In this document: one piece after another, positions 38,822 to 50,608 of the stretch
Numbering within the stretch: the first letter of the stretch is position 1
Layout of the letters: every line of letters starts with the position of its first letter
Assembly: GCA_002189035.1 (NCBI GenBank)
Contig: CM007991.1
Location: forward strand, 1,426,001 to 1,490,000
Direction of reading: 5' to 3'
DNA length: 64,000 nt
Origin: Utricularia gibba
Taxonomy: Eukaryota; Plantae; Magnoliophyta
The notes under the pieces: model-generated
Seen by the model: only the letters and a program-made list of their open reading frames with translations
Told to the model about the DNA's origin: nothing
Databases searched by the model: none
Program-made: the position numbers and the translations under genes

Positions 38822-41800
38822 ATGGCCAGAAGTTGGATTGGTCCCTCTCTGCTGCTTATTATTCTTACTATTTCAGGATGTGTACCTGTCATTGATTCAC
38901 AGGAAGAAGAGGCCTCCCAGACGTATACTATTTCGAGCTTTACATATGCACCAACTTCGATCAGGCCTTTCGAGTGGCGTTATATTAAAGGTTGAATCTT
39001 TAATCTGTTTTGTGCGTGCTGTGAGTTGTTTGTGTTTTCTGGTGTTAAAGGATCGATGTTGGATGTTATCTTTTTTACGAGTATCATCATTCCCTGCATT
39101 TGGACTTGATGTTTCCTCGTATTAGCCTACAGGGTCTCTTGCTGTACTTGTATACCTGCTATCTGGCATACATTCAACTATGGGCAAATTTTTTTCTTGC
39201 TCCAAGTCTCAATTTTTAGCTGAAAATCCATTTGAAGTTGATACATTGATAAAGTTTTTCGTACTCCGCAATTGTGAATGCCAGCATTTTCGCAATATCT
39301 TTTGTATAATGGATTTATCACTTAGCATCGTTGGGTTTTTAACAATAATGATCTTTCTAATGTTAGTTTCTAGATTCAACTTCACTTTTGTGTCGGTCTC
39401 TGTTCATCTCTGTAAAATGATAAATATGAGACTAGCCTTGTTATTTGCGATCCAAACATTTGATTTTTTCATGTATGAAGTTATCAATGTTGGTATTACT
39501 GATAGATTCTAGGTTACAGTCCCATGAAGCTGAGAACATAGGAGAAAGTAGCATATGCTTGCTTGCTATACTGCTTTTTTAGCTATCTATCGAATTTAAT
39601 GATCTCTTTGTTTTTCCCATCATTGCAGTTGACTTGCCATCATGGTTCTCTTCAATGTCATTAGCATTGGAATCCGATGTGAATGTTAGTGTCTTCATTT
39701 CTAATCCCACGAAAATCAGTTTTCTTCTCCATGAGCATTATTTATCTACGTTCTATTTGAAAAACTATATTTTTCAGGATCTCAATAAAGCAGTCAATGA
39801 TTCAGGAAGCTTTGCACCAATGATATGTTTCAGAGAAGGGAGCCCTCCTCTGCCTGATATCTACACTTCTTTAACTGGTCATGGTAAAATTCTTCTTCAC
39901 TGAACGATGTCTTTCTAGCGTTTATGCGTTCAACTTCAAATATTTTTGATTGGTTGTGAAACATGCCTTATTACAGTTTCAGGATACATTTCCAATGATT
40001 CCTTTCTTGGAATTGAAAGCCTTCAAAATGCTGAGAGGTGCTACCCCATGCAAAAGAACATATTTCTGAGACTAACAAATGAGCAGGTTTTTGTTGAATT
40101 AACTTTGACTAGTAAGAAAGCCTGCTGAACAATCACATGGAAAGCTAAAGTTTTTTACAGATTCTTCCAGGTACGTGGTATTTGGGACTGTTCAACGGGA
40201 TTGGAGCAGTCAGAACACAGTCAAAAATGGTATTTTTATGAAGAACAAGTTTCTCCAAAATGTACATTTCTGATCTTGGTATGCAATTACAGATTAATCG
40301 AGGATCTTCGTACTCATTTCATGGGAACATAAGTATAGAGGGATGCCTGATGTCGAGTATGCAAGGTCCTTACTGCAACCATTCAGTTGATAGTCTTTCA
40401 TGTACTGGCATTGATAGCATCTTGGGTACCAAACAAGATGAGAATCTTATTGCCTGTCAAAATGGCAAGGGAATAATTTGTCATGAGGATGGTAGCCCTC
40501 GAGCGTACACACTAGATGTCATGGGAATTGCTGAGGAGCTTGTTATCATGGTCAGCAATGTGACATTTAATCAGAGACAGTCAATGAAAAATTATAGCTT
40601 GATGTGCTATGCTAGACATGAGGCAATACCTGTCAATACATTGTATGATTTTTCTGGTGAAATAGCCAAAGCCCCTCTTGTCATAAAACTTCCAAAATCT
40701 GGGCGATGGTATATCATTATCCAACCAGTTGATTTTTCAAATGCAAGCGATGTGAAGCTAAGTAGGAATTCAACATCCTGCTACATGTTGCAATGGCTAG
40801 TGAATCAGTGTCCTCCTGATAAAGCTGGATCGAACTGTACATTTCAAAGATACATGCTTAAGGTATTCTATTTTTCAATCTTTCTGTGACTTCCCTTTGA
40901 TTTGGCATAAGCTAATCTAACTTCCCTTCAGACTGTTCTCAGGAGAAATCCAACAGTTCCCTTTGAATCCCACTACATACCAATCGCTGGAAACCTTTCA
41001 TCAGTCCCACCTAAATATCCTCAAGAATTTGACCTTGAGCCATTTCTGAGCAACTATACTGAGGGAAATAACACTGATTCCTGGACATTTTTCATCATGG
41101 ATATTCCATATGGTTCTGCCGGTGGAAATATACACGTGCGTCTTTCCTCTGATACAAAGATCAACTATGAAGTCTATGCACGTTATGGAGGCCTCCCTCT
41201 CTCATTAGCTATGATTATTTCTATGCAAACAGCACTAGCAGCAGCAATGGATCCATGTTTTTCAAGTTGTACGATTCAAAAGAAAAGCAGATAAGTTTTT
41301 ATTTTCTCCTTGTACGAGCGGGAATTTGGAGCTTTGGATTGAGAAAACTGAACATTTCCATGTCAACTGAAACGTCCGTTGCACTGTCTCTTGAGAGATG
41401 CCCACGAAAATGTTCTGATCATGGAACATGTCAATCAGCTGTAGATGTTAGTGGACTCATGCTATACAGGTTTCCTTTAAACTCTCAGTATTCTATTTTA
41501 CATCTCTTGATCTGTATGCCGTTCTTGATTTTACTATGACGATATCAGCTACTGTGCATGCGATAGGAACCACGGTGGCTTTGATTGCAGTGTTGAACTA
41601 GTGTCACATCAAGGCAAGTTTATCAACTGTAACTTGTTTGGTTTTGTTGTGGCATGCCTTTTCAGTGTGGTGCTTTAAACTCCTTTGTAGTACTTGCTAA
41701 AGGAAAAGTGCTGAAAAAACATGTAGGGCACATTCAACAGTCCATTTTTCTTATAGCATCGAATGCAGCTGCCATACTTCCATCCTATTGGGCTCTTAGG

Positions 41801-42891
41801 AACAAGGTGCATGTTACTATATGTTGCTTCCAAAACTCAACTTTTGTTGATATTTTTTCTGTTTTTCCCTCATTTTCTGCTGTAATGTTGTTTTGCCTTT
41901 CTCTAGGCATTTGCAGAATGGGTTCTTTTCACATGTAGCGGCATCTCAAGTGCATTATACCATGCATGTGATGTAGGAACATGGTGTCTGTTGTCATTCC
42001 ATGTACTGCAGGTCTGTGAATCTCTTGCTTTGTGCTGCAATCCCTTCTTCATTCTTTCCCTATGACTCATTTGCCGCTGTTTCATCAGTTCTTGGACTTC
42101 TGGCTTTCATTTATGGCGGTTGTAAGCACATTCGTGTACTTATCCACCATTTCTGACTCTGCCAAGAGGACAATCCACACCATTGTTGCTATCTTAACAG
42201 CTCTCTTGGCTGAAACAGGACCAACGAGGTAAATCCAATTCTCTTGATGAGATTGCTTATACTTATACGGCTTGTTGATTCTTTTGCTAACAATACCATT
42301 TTGTCACACCTTTTGCAGGGCCAAGAACATTGCTTATGTATTAGGTCTAGGAGCTTTGGGACTACTTGTTGGATTGTTCATCGAATTCACTGCTCACAAT
42401 CCATTGTTTTTATTCACTACAAATTTCCACTTAAATATTCTCGAGAGGTATTTACCATTGTTTCCTGCTGTTTCTCGAGATCCCACAGGCTATAATGCTG
42501 TTTTGAATGCAGATGGGAAGCTTTGAAGCAATGGGTATGTAGGATCTTCAAGATGATACTGAAAAGATTCAACTGGGGATTCATTGTTTTTGGGTTCATG
42601 ATGCTTGGAATGGCTGCAGTTAGCTGGGAAATGGAGAAGACTGAGAGCTACTGGATCTGGCACAGGTATGAAAGTTCAGCCCCACAGAGGCAATAACAAG
42701 CTGTTGACCTATGACAACCTTGCTGTGCTCTCTGCAGTTTATGGCACATCTTTATATACTCGTCATCCTTTTTCTTCCTTTGCTCGAAAGTGGAAGCTGG
42801 AAACAGTGGCGATGAGACAGTTCCGAATGCTGCAGGATATGAGTTAACTCGGCATAACTCTTCAAGTAGAAGATCAGGACATGAACGATAA
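38822..42891 (+). CDS. TMEM8/Myomaker-family (DUF3522) membrane protein with EGF-like motif, about 14 exons; 1-bp frameshift near 41198
   Basis: Signal peptide, MICFREGSPPLPD, WYLGLFNGIG..RTQSKM|INRG, ERCPRKCSDHGTC...CACDRNHGGFDCS, SNAAAILP, SGISSALYHACDVGTW, SYWIWHSLWHIFIYSSSFFFL. Confidence 0.88.
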
Positions 42892-43159
42892 GTGTACATA
42901 TTTCCCTTTGATTGTAACATGCAGACCACAGGTTAAATTAACCAGTAGATCAGTATAAAAAATACCAGCTATGTTCATTCTTTCTTCTTGAAATTGTATA
43001 AAAATGTCTGAACAAATATATATACACATTCCCAATCACTTATACAGTAAAAACAAGGGAAACAACTTTTGATGAATCATCATACTTTTCATGCACAAGA
43101 TATAGGAAAACTGTAAGTCTGAAGGGCAAAACAAAGAACATATATACAGGGGCGCGGTA

Positions 43160-44891
43160 TCATGCCTGTAACTTTCTGTGATTGCTCCTTATGTTCCACA
43201 GAAGCTCGGAGCACTTTTTCATACTTGGCCGTTTATCACGGTTAGGAGTCAAACAATGCATTGCCAGTTGAAGAATTTTCTCAAGGGCAAAAATATTAGC
43301 AGGGCATCTCTGCAGCCTCGGATCGAAAGCTATGACAGCATCACCACTACTGAGATTCTTTAATGCCTGAAAGTAACAAGTTCTAAGCTCGTGGGAAGGC
43401 ATGAAAAACCAGAGAATGAGTAAATGGCATACCCATGCAGCAGTGAACTTCTCCTTTGGGCCACGTTTGGGTTCAATTGGTCTTCGACCAGTGACAAGTT
43501 CAATAAGAAGAATACCAAATGAATAAACATCACTCTTTTCTGTAAGGTGATTGGTACAGAGGTATTCGGGGTCCAAGTAGCCAAGGTTCCCTTAACTTTA
43601 GTGGAAACATGGGTGTCGCCTGAATCAGCATCTGCTGCTAAACGGGCAAACCCGAAATCAGCTACCTTAGCACGAAGATCATTGGTAAGTAAGATATTAG
43701 AAGACTTGATATCTCTGTGGATGATGGGGTGATCTGCAAACAACATAAGATCAACTAACTTTCAGATACAAGAACACAAAATAACTAGTTTTGCCACAGC
43801 TATGAAGCCTTCATGAACCTGTGTATGCGTGCAGATATGTGATAGCATGTGCAACATCGATGGCGATCTGTAGCCGAGAAACAAAATCAAGAGTGGTGCC
43901 ATTTCCAGCTGTAGAATTAAGCTGGTTATCATTCATTAAATTCATGGACTAGTAACAACAGTGAGAACATGAACACTATAAGCAAACTCACCATCCAAGT
44001 GTTCTCTTAACGTTCCATTAGGGACGTACTCAACGATAATGACCCCTCATCTCCATGCTCTACGTACCCGTAGAATCTCACTAAGTGAATATGCTCGACT
44101 AGTGCCAGAATCCGTACCTCACTCTGAAATTCTCCCAACTGCAAATCATGCAGCCTCTGCAGAAATCCAACGTAATACAGATTAGGCTTTAAATTCTTCA
44201 ATTGTTTGATAGGTAAAACAAACATTGAGATACAGAAACAGGAAAGTTTTGATGGTTTCTAACATAAACACGACTCAACCATATAGCCATGTTCAACAAT
44301 TTAGAGAGACTAACAGACGTACAAATAGACATAAACAACAGGGTATTTCTTTAAAGCAAAGATTTTTGTTTCGTCAAATTCTAACATTAAACAGCATCAA
44401 TTCACTCAGTAAAGTAACATCTAAAATACCAAGAACGAACAGTAACATCCCAGGTCCTAACCTTCTTACGACGCTTGATTGCAACTACTGTTCCATCATT
44501 CAGACGACCCTTATACACCGTTCCAAACCCACCTTGTCCGATTCTATAAGCGGGTGAAAATTTTTTAGTCGCCTTAAGAATTTCCTCCATGGTAAACGTA
44601 TAACTTCTCGTCTCTGAGCCATTCCTTGAACTACTCGAGCTACCATAGCCGCGAAGTTTTGGGCTTCGTCTTGCGTCACTCCCATAACTAGAAGCTTCAG
44701 GAAATCAGTGAAATGGATCAAACATCGACCCTCAGAACAATACAAGTGTTAAAAAAAAAACACATATTTCACACGGAATATAAACAAACATCAGGATTAA
44801 ATCGGAAGGCGGAAGAAGATGATCATGTACCGGAATTGTCCTGACTTTCACCCGCAGTCCGCCGCCTGCCAGCTGAGAGCCGACTTCCCAT
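43160..44891 (-). CDS. Calmodulin-binding receptor-like cytoplasmic kinase (CRCK2-like), 6 exons; two 1-bp frameshifts
   Basis: [14 protein letters not shown]...[92 protein letters not shown]. Confidence 0.88.
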
Positions 44892-45593
44892 ACGCTTTCT
44901 ATCTGGAAAGGCGGAGACACCCCGGAAGAACAGGCCACCGATGATCGACTTTTGTTTTGTTTCTTTTTCTTTTTCAATCAGAAGAATTCCATTTTTAAAA
45001 TCAATATTTATTTTATGAAAATAGAGAATCAAAAATATTTTCTTGTCACTGTTAGAATGCTGTACAAGGGACTAATATTCAACTAACTCCTTTTTTGTGG
45101 GACCCCTTTCTATCAATAGAATTCATTAAAATAAGTTGCAAAAAACATATTTTTAAATATTTAATAAAAAATTAAGAAGGGAGTTGACTGAACTCTTGAC
45201 CTCTATATCATTCTTTGGGTTTAAAATGGGTTTAATACTACACCATATGAATCATTTATAAAAATGATCATCTTTACAATCTCTTTTATACATTAAGTTA
45301 AAAAAATTATATTATGAATGATTATTTTTCTCAAATAATATTTGACATATTGTCAGATTTCTAATGCATCCCCACTTATATAGTAATAATTAGTGTGTCT
45401 TTTTTACAAAAGGTTAATAGTTATTGGAATTTAAGAAAATAATAAATGAAATGCATTATTTTGAAAAAAAGGTTTATAATATTTTTTATTGGAAATTTAA
45501 ATTATCATAAAGATGAAATTTGGTGATCTACTCTCTTGAAATATCATGTAAAATAATATATTTTTAGTGGAATATTCAAATCCTAATACACAC

Positions 45594-45832
45594 AATTTTC
45601 AATTAAATATATTATTTAGAAAATCAAATACTACACCATTACATTTCATAGATTACAATCATGATAAAATTTGGGTTAAATTTAAATTATAAAAATTAAG
45701 AAAAATTATTTTCAATTAAACACTTTTTAAATTAAATAATTTTCAATTAAATATATTATTTAGTAAATCAAATACTACACCATTAGATTTCATAGATTAT
45801 CATGATAAAATTTGGGTTAAAATTTAAATTAT
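45594..45832. repeat. AT-rich direct duplication of about 97 bp (copies start at 45594 and 45738)
   Basis: AATTTTCAATTAAATATATTATTTAG.AAATCAAATACTACACCATTA.ATTTCATAGATTA...CATGATAAAATTTGGGTTAAA.TTTAAATTAT occurs twice, 144 bp apart. Confidence 0.85.
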
Positions 45833-46196
45833 TTTAAAAAATAAAATAAAGTATTATTCTCGAATAATTAAGTTTGAAAAAAGGTTTTTTTGTAAAATAA
45901 AAAATTCGAATTATGAGAGATTCACAGTTTTTTGTCTATTTAAAACATTAATAAAATATATTTCTTAATGGAGTAAGAAATAGCCTTTTCCTAAAATACC
46001 CTCGTCCCGTCCCAACCCTAACCACGGTTATACTGACTGACCATGGTTAGCGTAGCCCCATTATTTCAGGACAACGCCCTCACACTACCCGTGTTTGCTA
46101 ACCATGGTTAACATTAGCTTCTTTCTGTAAGCTACCCTCCCTGATGAGGGAAAATGAAAAACTGCACCTCCACTCAACAAATAGGCAACGATTCTC

Positions 46197-46443
46197 CCCA
46201 AGTTGCCCTCCAACACAAATCTTTCTGAAACTCTAACCATGGTTAACCGCGAACCTCCTCTCTCAACCTCATGCCCTTGAGGGTTCTCCTCAAATTGCCC
46301 TCCATCCACAAATCTTTCTGAAACTCTAACCATGGTTAACCGCAAACCTCCTGTCTCAACCTCATGCCCTTGAGGGTTCTCCCCAAATTGCCCTCCATCC
46401 ACACAAGTCTCTCTGAAACTCTAACCATGGTTAACCGCGAACC
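46197..46443. repeat. Tandem repeat with a 93-95 bp unit, about 2.6 copies
   Basis: CTGAAACTCTAACCATGGTTAACCGC recurs at 46225, 46318 and 46413 with near-identical intervening sequence. Confidence 0.9.
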
Positions 46444-47459
46444 GCTTTCTTTGTCCAATAAAAGGTGAAACTGAAATTCCATCCTTCGAGAATTAGAAGT
46501 TCTTTTTTGGTAGAGTCAAGGATTAGGATATCTATCTCCTCCATTCGAAGGCCCTACACCTTCTATACTTCAAGAACTGGTACGTTTCTGTATTTTCCAA
46601 GTTCCAATTCTTTTTTAAATAACAACTTGGTTTCAAAACAGGGTGAATACCAGAAGATTCAAGACCTCGGTAACTGGTAATGGTAACGTCCGTCTCCCCC
46701 CTGTGCGTGTTTTTTCGGTTTTCTTTTTTTGTCTGTGCTTGGGCTTTACAAGAAAGGGGCTTGTGCTTTAGAAAAATGGTGAATTAACCCAGAAAATAGC
46801 GGTTATTGCTTTACTTCCCCTCTTCTTTCACTGGTTTGGAGAGAGAAAGGCGCGGGACAAATATTTCCCCTGGTGTGTAGTGGTCTGAGGGTTCTCCTCA
46901 ACTCATCGTCTGGGTGCTGCTTATGTGGGTATTCTATTCCATTGAGGACCCTGCGCGTGTTTCCTTCATTTCGAATCTCAGTCGCAGCTTCGGTTGTTTG
47001 AAGCCGTGCTGTTGTCGTTGTAGTCGCAGGGGCCTTTTTGTTTTCCGCTGTTTTACGTTTTAAGGTTTTTGTGGCTTGCGCGATGCGAAGTTTGTACATG
47101 CGATTGGAGGTGAACAACGGCTATGGGTCTAGTGACGAAGGCATGTCGGATGCTCTTCTTGCTGCTTTGAATGCCTTTCGTCAAACGTCTGTTTGAAGGA
47201 TTCTTTCTATTTTGTAGAAAGATTGAATGAGTTTCTGGGTTGCTTGCTTTAGTTGCTGCTCGTTTTTTTATCGATTTTGTTTCGAGTATCTTATTGTTCT
47301 AAGAAAGTGTGGAGTGATCTGTGGGCATGTTTTTTACCCCCAGATTGTGGATTTGATTCAAAAATCAGGATTATTGCTGGCGGATTGACATGGAGAAGGG
47401 GAGATAGAAGTTTAATTTCTTGCTAATAGCAAGATCTGGGATAGGATTTCTCAATTTGA

Positions 47460-49104
47460 ATGGTGATTTTTGCGGAGATGCATGATAGAGTTAAGAAAGA
47501 AGAACCATTTGTGGTGGACATTATGAAAGCTGCATTAGATACTGGTAACAAGGATCCTTGTTTCCCGGATTCAAGTGGGAACCAGAGAAAGGAACAAAAA
47601 TACGAATTTAATGAGATTTTTCAAGAGAGACAAAGTGTTGACAAGGTTGTTGAGAGTAATGCGTTGGGAATAGATGAGGACCCTCTCAGTAAAAAGAGGA
47701 AACGCCAATGCTTCTCGTCTACTCTGAACTGGCTCCGTAGCCATGCGAAGAAGCCTTTCGATTTGGACATGGGGCCATTGCCGGAAACAAGCAAATGGAA
47801 GCATTGTGGCGGTGATCTTCCATGGAAGCAAATTCTCTCAATTCGTGAAACTTTGAGGAAGAAGGCAGATCCCCCACAACCTTCTGTTTTGCAGGTCAGC
47901 ATTTTTTATCTCTCTTTTGCTATTTAAGCAAGTAGATGTGAATGTACATGCTGTTGCTAGCGTTTATGGTCTACTGTGCTTTCCTTGAAAAGCTTCATTT
48001 GTGAATTATTTTAGTCACCTGAGTTATTTGATCTCTCAAACATTGATTTTTGTATTGCGTGGATGATCCTTTGTGTAGTGCAAGTGTTAGAGTGTAAAGA
48101 TGTAGTCAATGGATAGATGTTTTTTGCCGGGGCTTCATCCATCCCTTTTGAGTCATTGAAAACAAGCAGCTCTAAGTTTTTGTGCAACTGAGTTTATCTT
48201 CAGCTTTCTTCATTCGTTGGTTACCTCTCTGCGAGTGTTTTTCTAAGTGAAATGATGTGATTCATTGCAGAAGAAGCAAAGGATGCATCCAAGCATGTAT
48301 GAAGACAATCAATACAGCAATGACAGAATACGGTGCAGCCGAAGAATCCTTGCTGCCAAGGATTCTTTTCACAAGGGGCAGGATCATAGTCCCAAGTCAC
48401 CTTTCTCTGAGAGTTTTGAAGATGAAAGCTCTGAAGAGAAGCAACTTGATGATCCTTGGTTTGTGAATCATCGAAGGAAACGGCCTCGCATCGGCTCACT
48501 TTTCCAAGCGACTCTGCCTGAGCCTTGTGGAGAGTTTTCAGGTGACCCCAAATGGCTCGGTACTAAAGTGTGGCCACTGGAGAAGACAGAAAACAAGAGA
48601 TTCATTATAGAAATTGAGCCCATTGGAAAAGGTAGACCAGAACACTGTGGTTGTGAGTTTCCAGGCGACCCACATTGCGTAAGATTCCATATCACAGAGA
48701 AGCGGATCAAGAAAATGCTCGAGCTCCGATCAGCCTTCTACTCATGGAAACTGGACTACATGGGTGAAAATGTAGCACTGTCTTGGACAAAGGAAGATCA
48801 GCAGAAGTTTCAGGACACGGTTGAGACAAACCGTTTGTCATCAGACAAATACTTCTGGGATGAGCTATTTAAGTGTTTCCCAGGGAAAGGCCGTGAAGCA
48901 CTGGTGAGCTACTACTTCAATGTGTTTCTTCTCAGACGGAGAAGCGAGCAGAACAGGAGCATGACGGACCATATTTACAGCGACGACGAAGAGTCGGAAC
49001 TGGGGCCTATTGCTGATAGGTTCGGCCAAAGCACGGCCAACTCCAGGGACTCTATTTTTTGTTCTCCGAAGAAGACGTCGTCTGCCCATCCCAGCAGCAG
49101 ATAG
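47460..49104 (+). CDS. ELM2-SANT protein of the ARID1/ARID2 type, 2 coding exons; ARID domain not detectable
   Basis: KRKR...LNWL...AK.P.D...G.LPE.SKW, Q|KKQRMHPSMYED, ELM2 RPRIGSLFQATLPE...DPKWLGTKVWP, IGKGRP..CGC.FPG...CVRFHI.EKR, SANT-like WTKEDQQKF, LVSYYFNVFLLRRR. Confidence 0.85.
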
Positions 49105-49407
49105 AGACCATCCAGAAGCTCGGCGTAGATGGAACGTGGGTGTACATTTTGGTGGCTGGTGGAGAACTCGTATTTTGACGACGACGACGAGGACGAGTGA
49201 ACAGTGAAGGAGCACATTTCCAAATTACTACCTTTTTTACATATATTTTAAAATTTTTAGACAATGATGGGCTGTGTCAGGTCCGGCCCATGAAATGGGT
49301 TGCTGATTTTTAAGGTGGGCCGGAAGAATGGGTAAACCGATCATTCACTTGACATGCACAACCGAACGGCGAAGCTCGTCTCTCTTCTTCCCCCAACGTC
49401 GACTACA

Positions 49408-50608
49408 ATGCAAAATCTCAGCTCCAGGTTCTTGATCCTCCTCCTGATCGCTGCTGAATCGCATTTCGAATTCTCCGACGCGTTGCAGAGGAAGGTTCAC
49501 ATTCCCGATGAGCTAGATGACGTCGTCGACGAGGAGGAGGATGAGGCATGGAAACAATGGGGGAAGCCTAATACGTTACCGGAATTCGATCCTCCGCCGA
49601 CAGATTTCACCGGGATGAGCATCCAGGAGATCAATGAGAAGATGTTGAAGCGTCAATATGGGCCCGTTTTCGGGTTCGTTAAACTTAGGCCTGGTGCTCG
49701 CAGGACTCCGGTGAGCCAGCGAATGTAGACTTCTCAAACTCGTTTTGCTTTTCTGGTTGAGGAAATCGATTGACTTGTTGCAGGATAAAGTGTCGGAAAT
49801 TGCTACGAAATGGAGCCGGGTCGCGAGAACGGGGTCAATTGAAGTCAAATTCAGCGGTTTTGATTTGAGTACAGTCATGTTCACTATGAACAAAGGTCAA
49901 GATACTCTGGAGGTTTGTGTTCGACATTTTGTATCGAGTCGTGTGATTCCGTGTTTGTTGCAGTTGTGAACATCAAAGCTTAGGAAAGTTGAGTGGATCA
50001 AAGAAACTAAGGCATTTTTTAAAGGGATTTGATGGGTAAATTTTGAATCCAGATATAGGTGCTTTCAAGTATTTGGGCATTGAGCCAGGATCCCATAATA
50101 TTTAGTAGCTTTTGTCATGATAAAATCTCGTGTCAAAATAGTAGGATCAAAAGGCAGCTGGTGAAGGTTTTTCATGTCTTTCCCTTGAGGCTGAACCAGG
50201 GTACCTCTTCCTTGACATCTTTGAACCCCTTTGAGTTGTTTTCAACTTGGATGTGCATTGAACCACTGGTTGTGTCAGCAAGCCTCATTTCGATTTGACT
50301 GGATTTAACGGGTGGTATGGTACCTGAATTGAATTCCCCGGTTCAGTCAAGTTCTTTGCTATGGTTTTGCATTTTGTGTGTATGTTCACCAATGGATTCA
50401 TTCCTAAAACGTAAATATCGTCATTATTCTACTGAATTGACAGTTGAAAGAGTTCCTGCTGAGCCAAGCTGAAGCGTATGAAGTGAAAATAGGAGATCAA
50501 CTGTTCAGGAGAGATGGGGATCCTTCATTTGAAGAAATCATTCAGAATCTGGAGACTGAGAAGCTCAAAGCTCATGGTTCTAAAGATGAAACTCATGAAG
50601 AACTTTGA
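49408..50608 (+). CDS. MESD-like (LDL-receptor chaperone domain) ER protein, 3 exons, ending in HEEL
   Basis: Signal peptide, RKVHIPDELDDVVDEEEDEAWKQWGK, GPVFGFVKLR, LKEFLLSQ.EAYEVKIGDQLFRR.GDP, and an ER-retention-like C-terminus. Confidence 0.85.

Noticed and set aside
45975-46825. Mutator-like TIRs flanking the 93-bp repeat
   Set aside because: The left end has an AAAATACCCT motif, but the right-hand match is short and gapped, with no 9-bp TSD and no transposase.
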